64,000 nt of DNA, taken from NCBI GenBank assembly GCA_000091205.1, contig AP006494.2. One strand, 5' to 3'. A program made the position numbers and the translations under genes. The notes beneath the pieces are model-generated. The model worked only from the letters and a program-made list of their open reading frames with translations. It searched no databases and had not been told where the DNA came from. Source of the DNA: Cyanidioschyzon merolae. Its lineage: Eukaryota. Position 1 is the first letter of the stretch. Each line of letters opens with the position of its first letter. This document shows, in pieces, positions 30,297 through 39,928 of this stretch.

Positions 30297-31943
30297 TCAG
30301 ACTGAGGACGCCTGTGGTTGCCTGCTCGCTGTTGCCGGTTTTGACGATCCGTCGTGCTTCGGTTCGGTGCTTGCATTCGGTGATGCAGGTGGATCCACCC
30401 ATACGCCGTCTTCCTTCATTAACTTGATGAGCTCGGCAACGCCTTGGTTTTCGGGAACCGTTCGGATCTCCTCACGGCCGCGGTACAGACTGATCTTTCC
30501 GGGGGTCTTTCCGACATAGCCATAATCCGCATCGGCCATCTCGCCGGGGCCGTTCACAATGCACCCCATGACGGCTATGCTGAGTCCCGGCATGTGTTTG
30601 GTAGCATCGCGAACTTTGTGAAGAACCTCCTCGATATTAAATAGCGTGCGTCCACACGAAGGACACGCGACATACTCAACCATGGTGCGCCGAAGGCCCA
30701 GGGCCTGAAGGATTCCATAACAGACCGGAATTTCCTTGACTGGATCCTCGGTTAACGAGACTCGGATTGTATCGCCGATACCCTCGGCCAGTAGGCCACC
30801 AATGCCAATGCTGGACTTGATGCGGCCGTATTCCCCGTCGCCGGCTTCGGTTACACCTAAATGGATAGGATAGTCCATACTCTCCTGATCTAGACGCTTC
30901 GCGAGCAAACGATATGCAGCCATCATCACGGGCACTTTGCTCGCCTTCATGCTGATCACCAGGTTATGAAAGTCGAGCTCGCGGCATACACGAATGCACT
31001 CGAGCGCGCTCTCGACCATACCCTCGGGTGTGTCGCCGTACGTGAAAAGCATCCGTTCTGATAGGCTGCCATGATTCACGCCGATGCGCATTGCTTTGTC
31101 TTGCTCTCTCAGCGAGAGAATGAGTGGCTTCAGCGTCTCCTTCAGTTTCTGTGCTGCTGCCTCGAAGTCAGCACGGCTGTACTCGGTTCGATTGGGGTCA
31201 GGCTTTTCGAATACATACAAGCCAGGGTTAATGCGCACCTTATCCACGTGTTTCGCCACCTCTAATGCGATGTTCATGCCGTTATGGTGCACGTCGGCAA
31301 CCAGGGGTACATCGCGGTACGTTTCACGCAAACGTTGCTTTATGAAACCGACAGCATGCGCGTGCGCCATGGACGGAACCGTAAGCCGAACGACCTCACA
31401 GCCCGCCTCGTGCAAGCGCCTGATGGAGGCCACGCATCCCTCAATATCCAAAGTGTCCTCATTGATCATGCTCTGAACCACAACCGGGTTGCCACCGCCG
31501 ATGTACACGTCGCCGACGCGTACGGCTCGAGTCTTGCGGCGGGGAATCGAACCGGTCAAGTCAAGGTTTACGAGGCCTGACTGATCACTCAGCGCATCTT
31601 TGGGTTTCGGTATTGGCGCCGTGGGACGTGCCGGACCCACAACCTTCGCGCAGAGTGGCAAGCGCGCGCCGCGGACGCGACGTTGCTGGGCGTGTAGCGC
31701 CGCTGCTGCGCTGCGTTTCCGCGCTGCACCTGCTTCCAGCAGTGGCAAAAAACTCCCGGTTCGGCAGCTCGCACCAGACAAGAGCACCGTCGATACAAAC
31801 GCGCTTTGCGGAGCACTCATCGAACTTGAGGTTGTACAGACGAGCGTTCTACGCGGTGAATAGCGTGCGTTACACGTACGATGATCGGTAACCGTGCGCG
31901 CAAGAGTGCAGCTGGCGACGAGTGGGAAGCGCGCGCGATCCAT
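30297..31943 (-). CDS. ispG: 4-hydroxy-3-methylbut-2-enyl diphosphate synthase (IspG/GcpE, MEP pathway) with N-terminal transit-peptide-like extension
   Basis: Plant/algal-type GcpE with its internal insertion domain. Motifs include [32 protein letters not shown] and the C-terminal Fe-S domain CPSCGRT. An N-terminal extension of about 100 aa is rich in Arg, Ser, Ala and Thr. The first ATG is at 31941-31943; the ORF track starts at a GTG at 31958. Confidence 0.9.
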   Translation of the reverse strand: MDRARFPLVASCTLARTVTDHRTCNARYSPRRTLVCTTSSSMSAPQSAFVSTVLLSGASCRTGSFLPLLEAGAARKRSAAAALHAQQRRVRGARLPLCAKVVGPARPTAPIPKPKDALSDQSGLVNLDLTGSIPRRKTRAVRVGDVYIGGGNPVVVQSMINEDTLDIEGCVASIRRLHEAGCEVVRLTVPSMAHAHAVGFIKQRLRETYRDVPLVADVHHNGMNIALEVAKHVDKVRINPGLYVFEKPDPNRTEYSRADFEAAAQKLKETLKPLILSLREQDKAMRIGVNHGSLSERMLFTYGDTPEGMVESALECIRVCRELDFHNLVISMKASKVPVMMAAYRLLAKRLDQESMDYPIHLGVTEAGDGEYGRIKSSIGIGGLLAEGIGDTIRVSLTEDPVKEIPVCYGILQALGLRRTMVEYVACPSCGRTLFNIEEVLHKVRDATKHMPGLSIAVMGCIVNGPGEMADADYGYVGKTPGKISLYRGREEIRTVPENQGVAELIKLMKEDGVWVDPPASPNASTEPKHDGSSKPATASRQPQASSV

Positions 31944-32287
31944 TCGCTTGGCCAGCACCGGCAGACGTCCATATCCTTTACTTTTGTCTTATAAAGTACA
32001 GTTTCATTTCGAGCGCCGCAGCATGCACAGACACTTCCCTCTTCGCATATGACACGTCTTTGACAAGTACAGAAGGCCACCCTTGACACCCTTCTCCGTT
32101 TTCGCTCCCAGTATCTGGAACCGCGACTACGGCTCTTCTGCTGATCAATCCCGGGCGATGTGAGCATCGCCCGCTGTGCACGAAACCGCATGCTGTTCCA
32201 TTCGATGGAGGATGAAAGAACAGAAACTAACCACTGACTAGCAACTCGATAACAGTTTCTTTAGACCTTGACAGTACGCGTTGAAAT

Positions 32288-32715
32288 GGGGAAAAGCTTC
32301 CATATCTTCCAAATTTTACCTTCTAGGCGGAAGGTCCCGCGAGCCGGACGAGTCTGCGGTGCTAGCTAGTGCTTCATGCTTCCTCCAGTGGCAGGTGCAG
32401 TGGCGAGACCTGCACAAGTCGTCCGCAACGCATTTCATCTAGGACTAGACGCAGCAAAGCTACATCTGGGCGTCGCCCTGGTCGCAGTGGACTCCCAGTA
32501 TATCGCTTCGCGCTGCTGCAGACTCCTAGAATGCTGATGTTCGGGGACCCCGCGTCCGATGAACCACGCCTCGAGCCGACGCCCTCAGTGGTATGCCACA
32601 GCTATTCTGTCGCCATGCAGCACCTGCTTCAGCGGTGGAAGCGCTACGGCGGGTGCTCACGGCAGACTAGGTGCACGATAGAACATACAAAACGACCAGC
32701 ACATCCGAAAGGAAT
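32288..32715 (+). repeat. Repeat family R2, copy B
   Basis: ggggaaaagcttcc...taccttctaggcggaaggtcccgcgagc...cctcgagccgacgccctcagtggtat...gatagaacatacaaaacgacc is collinear with copies A and C. Confidence 0.55.
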
Positions 32716-33304
32716 TACAAATCATGAAACTCGGTGGCAGGTGTAGCAGTGCAATGAACGCTCGCCCGAAAGCCAATACCCACCATCAATCCGTGATCCA
32801 TGGTCAATGCAGACGTGTTGCCATCGGCAAAAATCGCCTGCATGATGCGCAAAGCGCCACCCGCTCTGGGGGCATTCAAGCGCATCCATCTTTGTCGCAA
32901 ATTAAGGATCCCACTGCCCGCACGGCGGCGCCAGCAACTGCGCCATCGCGGATCGACGGCGCGAACGCGCGGCGCCGAGTCGGCCATTCGCCAAGAACAG
33001 CAGCGATCTTGGAACGCTTGCTAGGGCGCGCGCCCTGCACCAGGGCGGCCCAAAGTGCGCGGGCACGATGGCGTGCCTCGCAGCCGAGGCAAACACTGCG
33101 CACGGCGGGTCGGGGCACTCTGACCCAGTCGCTGCTGTTGTTGATCACAGGACCGAGGCTAGATGCACGACCTCCAACCGAAGCGGTATACGCTCAACGG
33201 ATGGCTATGGTTTGTCGTTGTGCATAGCGTGACGCAGCTACTCGACTCTGCGTACTTACTACGGATTGCCATTCATTCTTCACGTTTGATACCGCATTTA
33301 AATC

Positions 33305-33916
33305 ATGAAGAAAGCGCTGGCATTACTTCTTGTTGGTATGATGGCCACTGCTGGTGTGGCACAGGCATCTGAGGTCATGGAAAACGAAGGTGCTGTCTTC
33401 GAGGAAGCTCCACTGGAAACGACGGAGCATATGTACTATCAGGATAATAAGAAGCCCTTCTACGTCAACAACCAGCCGTCATATAAGCCGAAATACAAGA
33501 ACTACTACCAGAAGAAGAACTTTTATCAGAAGCAGACCTACATCTACACGAAGCAGCCTATCTACACCAAGCAGCCTATCTACACGAAGCAGCCTATTGA
33601 GACGAAGCAGCCCATCTACAAGAAGCAACCTATCTACACGAAGCAGCCCATCTACACGAAGCAGCCGCAATATGAAAAGTCGTACCAGCCGCAGTACAAG
33701 CAGAAAGAAGTGAAGACGTACATTCCTCTGAAAGAACAGAAGCAACAGCAAGTATACCAAAAGCAAAACAACTACCAAGCAGAGAAAGAGTACTATGCGC
33801 TGAAGAAGCAGTACAAGGGCGAGCAACAGAAAAAATATCAGAATGAGAAGAAAAAGCCGTACCTTTCGAAGAAAAAGTTCTACGGCGAGGAGAATAACAA
33901 TCAGTACTACTGGTAA
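33305..33916 (+). CDS. Secreted Tyr/Lys/Gln/Pro-rich tandem heptad-repeat protein
   Basis: Signal peptide MKKALALLLVGMMATAGVAQA. Seven or more tandem 21-bp / 7-aa units KQPIYTK (33537-33668). Flanks are Tyr- and Lys-rich (YKPKYKNYYQKKNFYQ; QYKGEQQKKYQNEKKKPY). No known domain. Confidence 0.7.
   Translation: MKKALALLLVGMMATAGVAQASEVMENEGAVFEEAPLETTEHMYYQDNKKPFYVNNQPSYKPKYKNYYQKKNFYQKQTYIYTKQPIYTKQPIYTKQPIETKQPIYKKQPIYTKQPIYTKQPQYEKSYQPQYKQKEVKTYIPLKEQKQQQVYQKQNNYQAEKEYYALKKQYKGEQQKKYQNEKKKPYLSKKKFYGEENNNQYYW
33537..33668 (+). repeat. Tandem 21-bp coding repeat (KQPIYTK heptads)
   Basis: acgaagcagcc(t/c)atctacac(g/c)aag repeated ~7 times with wobble-position variation. Confidence 0.8.
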
Positions 33917-35530
33917 GCTAGCTAGCTAGCTGCTGACGGGACGCCGATGGAATCGCGTGCGGGCGGGTGTTCGGCTTCCTGCACAACCGAAGCACCGCAT
34001 CGTTCCAGACTACAGCGGGCGCAGGTCCACTACTGGCGAAGGGTTCACAGCTGGAAATCCGATTGCATTGTGGTCCGCGGGCGCGACTAGGCAGCATTCT
34101 CTGAGGAGGCTCGTTGTAAAATGGACAGGAACCTGTTACGAATCCACTCACATACCAGGCAACACTGAGTTCAGCATTCAGTGGAACAGGTCGTCGAATT
34201 CGGGCGGGAACGCTCGAGCTCCGGTCGCTTCTCTGTGGCATCATCAGCGCCAGCCTCTGCGGGACTGCTCAGTGACTGCTTCCGTTTCCCCTCTCTGATG
34301 TCCGGCTTGCAATACGCCAGTCTCTCTTGTCTCCAAAGCTCCGATATTAGTAGTCGTTGAGGAATTTTGATGGCAGCGTTCCAGTCCCGATTTCACCGCT
34401 TGTGGATGTTTTCAACGCATTTCATTCACAGGCGGAAGATGCGATCTGCGATTCGCAACCCATTGTCATCGTCTTTGAACGCAGCGTCGGTGCACCGTTC
34501 GCGGTGGTTATACACGCGCATGGTTAGTTGTTCCCATATGCTCACCACAGAGACTCGAGCACTTTCGAGCGCCGCCCTGTGGTCCGTGAACACCTGCTTC
34601 ACCGCTCGGCAGCTACCCGAGATGGGCACGGAAGGCTGCACCCGATGCCAAACCTTCGGTTCGGGGGCTTCTCTGGTCGATGCCCTCGGCGAGTACGCCG
34701 TCCGCTGCAAACGCTAGCGCACGCAGTTCCTTTCGATGGAAGATTTCTGGAACGCTGTGTTGCATATGATAAAACACGTACCGGAAGCACAACCCAGGGC
34801 GGAGAACACGTCGAGAAACTTCGGTCCGTCTGCGCTGCCTTGGTGCGCAGCTGTGACGGACACTCCACTGGGAGCGATCGCTGCGATGATTCCGGTTCAA
34901 TTCCAAGACCCTTAGCCAGGAGTCCAGAGCACACAGGACCGTGTTTTACGCATATCCGGTGAGACGTTTCGTGCTGGTGTAGAATACCAGGACGTCGATG
35001 GCCACAGAAAGATGAGGATTTGTCTGTTGAACGGATTCGATCATTGGCCGTGATCAGTTCAGTGGGCGTGCAGCCTGGTCTAATGAGCAAGTCGTCGAGT
35101 ATGTTTCGTCATCAATCCAGTGCAGCGAATCGTTGCGCCCATGATTCGCTTTGGAGCAGAGAGATCGAAGCATTGGAAGATGTATGATTTTAGCATGCCG
35201 TGCGTATGGAAAGGAGAACAGTGGTGGCTTCTTCGTACGCATTGAAAGATGATATTGGTTATTCAACGAACTCATTTCCAAGAGTGTCGCGAATCATCTT
35301 CATTCCGGTAATGTCATGAGTTTCGGTGGCAACGCGTCAACGGAGCTACCTCTGATGCACGATCAAGCATCCCAAAGCGACGTATGGATCTGTATGCCCT
35401 TATTGCTGCTCTTGGAATGATGACGCTGTACATCTAGGTAAAAGCCCCGAGAAAGATTCGAAAGGCAGGAATAGAGCAATCCGTTCAGTATTCCATTTAC
35501 ATCTGACACGAGCGGAGCCATCAGCACCGA

Positions 35531-38500
35531 TTACCTGCCAGCAGGCTCGAACATGCTGCGCAGATCGGCGAGCGTCAGAGCATGTGTATCGAGCATGTCG
35601 GCTGGGGGACGTGCTCGACACTGCCCTGTAGACTGGTGCTGCTGCTGCTGCTGCTGCTGCTGCCAGACATGACTCGCGCTGATCGCCTGTACCTGCTCCT
35701 CGACGGTACCCTGCACCACATAGCGATGAACATACGTGCAACACGTCTGACCGATACGATGAACACGACCTATTGCTTGCAGCTCGGCCGCAGGGTCCAA
35801 CAGCGGCTCCAGTAAAAACACATGCCGTGCTTCGACGAGGTTCAAACCATTGGCTCCGATGCGAATCGGCAAGAGCAGCGCGCACATTGGCTCACGACGC
35901 CCGCGAAAAGCCTCAACATCACCGATAACGTGCGGGATATTGTTGCGCTCGAGCGCCGCACTCAAGATCTGTAACAGCTCTGACCACAGCGAAAACACGA
36001 CGCATCGATGGGTTGCATCGGGAACAGGCCCTCGCTCCGCAACCTGTCTTGTCGCGTATTCTTGGATGAACAGCAGATCGCGCACGACTGCTTCGATTTT
36101 GGCGCCAAAGCTTCCTTTAATGGGTGCCATCGCGCTCTGCGAACTCGCTGCTCCCGTCTGAATGAACGAGACCTCTCGTGTGTTGCAGACCTCACGGCAA
36201 AGTGGACACGGCAGCGAGCGGCTGTGTTGTCGATAGACGCGCGCCTCGAGGTAGCTCGACGTGCATTCGATACAGAAACAGTGGCCACACGGCAGGAGGA
36301 CAAGCTCGGAACCCAGCTGTCGATAGCAAATCGGACAGGGCTCCTGACGCTTCGCTGCGAGATCCTCTACACAGGAGCTTTTCAGGCGTTGCAAGTAGAC
36401 CAGCTGGCCTTTCTTGCGATCTGACTGTTCTTCAGCGAGGCGGCGATCTAACTCTAGCGCAAGCGCTGTAGACTCGATTTCCGCCTCTAGGATTCGATAG
36501 CGGCGCTCTGACTCGCTGACTTGCTCGCCAGGTGCTCGGAGCGTGATGCGTGTTGCCGCCATAATGAGTTCATCCAGGGCGCCCAGATAGTCTTTCTGAG
36601 CGCGGAAATAGACATGTGCATGCGTAAATTCCTTTTTCAGCAGGGCGAAGCGCTCCCACTCTTTCGCCGCTGATTCTCCGAGAACCCCAGTATCTGCATC
36701 TGCGTCCAAGCGTCTTAGTGCAGCTGCAATGAAGCGCAGGGCACGTTCCAGCTCGCTGGCCAGACGGACACCACCGTCGCCCTCGGTGATCACCGCCGCT
36801 GCACGACGCAGACGATCCCCAGTGGTTGCGTCGGGGGCTTTGCTCGCGTTCACCAGCCTGGTGCGCACGGCAAAGAGGCATCGCTCGTAGGCATCAAAGA
36901 GGTCCTCTGATTCGCAGTGTCGACAGGGCTCTCCCAGCATGTCCTCCCGGCACTGTCTACAGGTCCCGGAAGCACGCACCTCGGCTTCGCTCGGTTCTGC
37001 ATCGCCATTGCCTGGCAGTGACAGGAGCCGATCCAGCAGGGTGCGTCGACTCTGCTCAAGGGCATCGAAGCTTCGTACCAGAGCGTAACGGAGCGCCTTC
37101 AGCGAGAGCGTCTGCGTTCCGCCGAGCAGCTGTCGAACGATGCCGTCCTCCTCGAGTCGATCCAGAAGCCACTGTCCACAATCGGCTCGTTCGATGGCGT
37201 CCAGCGCCGTCATCCACCAGAGACGCACGGGCGCTGCATGCGCACAGCGTTCCAGTTCGGAACTGAGACGCTGCAACTGCCGTCTCGCGTTTTGCACCTG
37301 CTCGCGTCGCTCCCGTAAATACGCCTCGCGTAAAGCGTCGGCATCCGAGCGCAGACAATCGTCTCGGAGCGTTACCCCAAAATCTAAGCGTTCAGCGGGG
37401 TGCTTCTCCAGCACTTGTGCCAAATTAACCAGTACATGGTATCGCTGTAGCGGATCGATTTCGACAAAATTGGCTTGTTTCGGCTCCTGTGCACGCTGCA
37501 GCACTGCGCGGTACAGGCGAACTGCATCGGCTGGTTGACCACGCAACCACGCGATGGCAGCGAGTCCATTCAAAGATGCCACCAGCGAGCGTTGTGCCTC
37601 CTCGCATTCGAGTCGTGCTCGTTGAATGAGGACATCCAGTACCTGATCCATGGTCATCATGTTCGCCTCGAGCCCAGTCCCTGTGGAGCTACCACCGAAA
37701 CCTCCCGGGGCCAGACGTGGATGACAACACGCCTGCCTTAGCACTTTCAGATGATGCAGCACCGAGCGAACCAGGCCGTATCCGCGTCGAGACGCAGACT
37801 TGAGCAGCGAACCCGGTTCCTCCAGGTATTTCGCAACCCGTGCGTTTAATAGATGCTGCACAAAACTGACACAGGTCTCGTGCTGGCGGTTGTAATAGTG
37901 TCGCTCGACGGGGCCGAGGCTGAGGTTCTGCATGATTTCAAACTGCGGCGGAAGGTTGAGCTCCATCCAGACGTCGGCTTTCTGGGAGCGCCAGGCAAGC
38001 GCTCGTATCAGCTGCGCTAGTCGCAAGCTCGCACCGCTGCCGTTCCGCTCGCAGGGTCGTATCAACCATTTGCGCCAGATTTCCGGTTCGCAGAAGGGTT
38101 CAAACCTCAGGAAACGCACAAGGCTTTCCAGGTCGTCCACAGATCGGCGTACTGGGGTACCGGTGATGCACCAACGCTTGTGCGCGTGCAGCTGCAGCGC
38201 CATCGCTGCTGCCGCGGCAACACCACCACGGATCATTTGCGCTTCATCGAGACATACCCGCTCCCACTCTATGCGAGTCAAAGGGGTTGGTGCAACTCGA
38301 TAGCGCTTCTCGTATCGAAGACTTCTCGGCCGAAGAATGTTCTCGTGTGCCCGGTTGACGTCTGCGCGCAGGGCATCGTACGTGGTGAGCACCACATCCG
38401 CTCGCCTCAGGCGTCTCAGACGCTGATAGGTCTCGCGGTGCAGGCCCTGGTACACGACAACATCCAGGGAGGCATCCTCGACGTGCTTTCGTATCTCGCT

Positions 38501-39928
38501 TTCCCATTGACGAAGGATAATGCTCGGACAAACGATGAGCGTCGACTTGCTTGGTAGGGGCGTATCAGAATGAAGCAGCTCGGCGCAATCCTCGCAGAAA
38601 TAGCGTTTGCGAGCGCGGCCCACGATGAGCGCGTGAACAAGTGGCTTGTTTTGAAACCGACCGCACTCGCAGCATACTCTCTTGCTTTGACGAACGCACC
38701 CATCTTCCGGAATATGATCATCGGATTGTCCAGAGGCATTTCCGGCGACTGGTCGCTGCGCACGCTCCAGAAGGATGCAAGCCAGCAGCTCGACGGTCTT
38801 GCCGAGGCCCATCTCGTCACAAAGCATGCCACCGTATACGAGGTGCTCGGGTATGGTATCGATTCCCGATGTCGAGGCCGCGGTTGCAACCGACTCGAGC
38901 GCATGGAAAAGCAGCGGCGCGTACTCGCCACCACCTCGCGTATCCGGGATGCAAACCGGTGCCAGTGACTCCCAAGCAATCCCGTGACGTTCCCTTTCGA
39001 GCATCCAGGTGACGGCGCGGCACTGATAGGGGCGCAGCCGCGGCCGCAAACCAGGAACCTCCGGCGACACCAGAGGCCTGCTCGCGGCACCATGGGGTGC
39101 TCCGGGCGACGCTTCAGGTACAGCGTCGACATCCGACGGCAAGCGGCGCATGGCCTCATAGACCCAGGGCGCTTCGCCCCATAACGATCGCTCATCGGCA
39201 GCTCGAGGGGCGACTTGTACGTTCACCACGCCGCGAGCCGAGCGGAAGCACCAGCCCACATTCGCTGGTGCGTAAGCTGCAGTTGGCTGCAGCCGGGCTT
39301 CAGCTAGCGCCACCTGGGGATGCCACCAGCTGAGTACCTGGTGCAGGTCCCGCCGCAGCACCTCCTGTCGTAAAGACGCCGCGAGGCATCGCTCCCGATG
39401 CACAAGGACAAGGAAGCTCGGGATCGGCTCCGGAATAGGTGCAAGCGTCAGGATCTTCCTCTGGCACAGCCGCGTAACGCTTTCAACCAGCGCCGCTGGC
39501 ACTGGGCCCAGGCTCACTGCTTCCGGTTGTTCGGCGTCGTCGGGCGCTTTCCGCTTCCTTGCCCTCATTGGTGGCTTGCAGTCCGCGCCCGCACACCCCG
39601 TTGAGACGAAGCGGAGTGACCAGCACGTTTGTGATCCGGACAATGCAGGAACGTTTTCCGAGGCACGCAAGTGCAGCACGGCGCTGTCCGTAAACGTTTC
39701 CACCTGGTGTTGCCCGAGCCCGTCCAGCATACCCACAGCGAACCAGTTCGAGTCTGCGGCTGCTGCAGGCTCGATGTCCAACCAGGTTTCAGTGCAGGCT
39801 TGAGCGGGTGCCAAGGAGCGTGGGCGCTTCGCTTCAAGCCTTCTTGGAGCTACCTGCGTTGTCTCAGTTTGCACGACGCCTTCATTTGTGTATGGTCGGC
39901 GACGAGGTCGTGCTTGTTTAGTGCGCAT
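35531..39928 (-). CDS. SNF2-family DEAD/H helicase with embedded C3HC4 RING finger (SHPRH/RAD5/RAD16-like E3 ligase-translocase)
   Basis: SNF2 N-terminal motifs are present: MGLGKTVELLACIL, LIVCPSIILRQWESEI, TTYDALRAD and DEAQMIRG. A RING finger lies between the helicase lobes: CPICY...LPCGHCFCIEC...CPLC. Helicase-C motifs follow: VVFSLWSELLQIL, GANGLNLVEARHVFLLEP and QAIGRVHRIGQ. The C-terminus ends in polyQ. It is a single 1465-codon ORF starting at an ATG. Confidence 0.85.
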   Translation of the reverse strand: MRTKQARPRRRPYTNEGVVQTETTQVAPRRLEAKRPRSLAPAQACTETWLDIEPAAAADSNWFAVGMLDGLGQHQVETFTDSAVLHLRASENVPALSGSQTCWSLRFVSTGCAGADCKPPMRARKRKAPDDAEQPEAVSLGPVPAALVESVTRLCQRKILTLAPIPEPIPSFLVLVHRERCLAASLRQEVLRRDLHQVLSWWHPQVALAEARLQPTAAYAPANVGWCFRSARGVVNVQVAPRAADERSLWGEAPWVYEAMRRLPSDVDAVPEASPGAPHGAASRPLVSPEVPGLRPRLRPYQCRAVTWMLERERHGIAWESLAPVCIPDTRGGGEYAPLLFHALESVATAASTSGIDTIPEHLVYGGMLCDEMGLGKTVELLACILLERAQRPVAGNASGQSDDHIPEDGCVRQSKRVCCECGRFQNKPLVHALIVGRARKRYFCEDCAELLHSDTPLPSKSTLIVCPSIILRQWESEIRKHVEDASLDVVVYQGLHRETYQRLRRLRRADVVLTTYDALRADVNRAHENILRPRSLRYEKRYRVAPTPLTRIEWERVCLDEAQMIRGGVAAAAAMALQLHAHKRWCITGTPVRRSVDDLESLVRFLRFEPFCEPEIWRKWLIRPCERNGSGASLRLAQLIRALAWRSQKADVWMELNLPPQFEIMQNLSLGPVERHYYNRQHETCVSFVQHLLNARVAKYLEEPGSLLKSASRRGYGLVRSVLHHLKVLRQACCHPRLAPGGFGGSSTGTGLEANMMTMDQVLDVLIQRARLECEEAQRSLVASLNGLAAIAWLRGQPADAVRLYRAVLQRAQEPKQANFVEIDPLQRYHVLVNLAQVLEKHPAERLDFGVTLRDDCLRSDADALREAYLRERREQVQNARRQLQRLSSELERCAHAAPVRLWWMTALDAIERADCGQWLLDRLEEDGIVRQLLGGTQTLSLKALRYALVRSFDALEQSRRTLLDRLLSLPGNGDAEPSEAEVRASGTCRQCREDMLGEPCRHCESEDLFDAYERCLFAVRTRLVNASKAPDATTGDRLRRAAAVITEGDGGVRLASELERALRFIAAALRRLDADADTGVLGESAAKEWERFALLKKEFTHAHVYFRAQKDYLGALDELIMAATRITLRAPGEQVSESERRYRILEAEIESTALALELDRRLAEEQSDRKKGQLVYLQRLKSSCVEDLAAKRQEPCPICYRQLGSELVLLPCGHCFCIECTSSYLEARVYRQHSRSLPCPLCREVCNTREVSFIQTGAASSQSAMAPIKGSFGAKIEAVVRDLLFIQEYATRQVAERGPVPDATHRCVVFSLWSELLQILSAALERNNIPHVIGDVEAFRGRREPMCALLLPIRIGANGLNLVEARHVFLLEPLLDPAAELQAIGRVHRIGQTCCTYVHRYVVQGTVEEQVQAISASHVWQQQQQQQQHQSTGQCRARPPADMLDTHALTLADLRSMFEPAGR
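35636..35664. repeat. (CTG)9 / CAG trinucleotide repeat encoding the polyQ tail of the SNF2-RING helicase
   Basis: gctgctgctgctgctgctgctgctg on the plus strand, which is QQQQQQQQQ on the minus-strand ORF. Confidence 0.9.

Noticed and set aside
33537-33668. Regular 21-bp tandem repeats that could be mistaken for a CRISPR-like array
   Set aside because: They are in-frame coding repeats (KQPIYTK heptads) inside a signal-peptide ORF, with no spacers. The host is a eukaryote.
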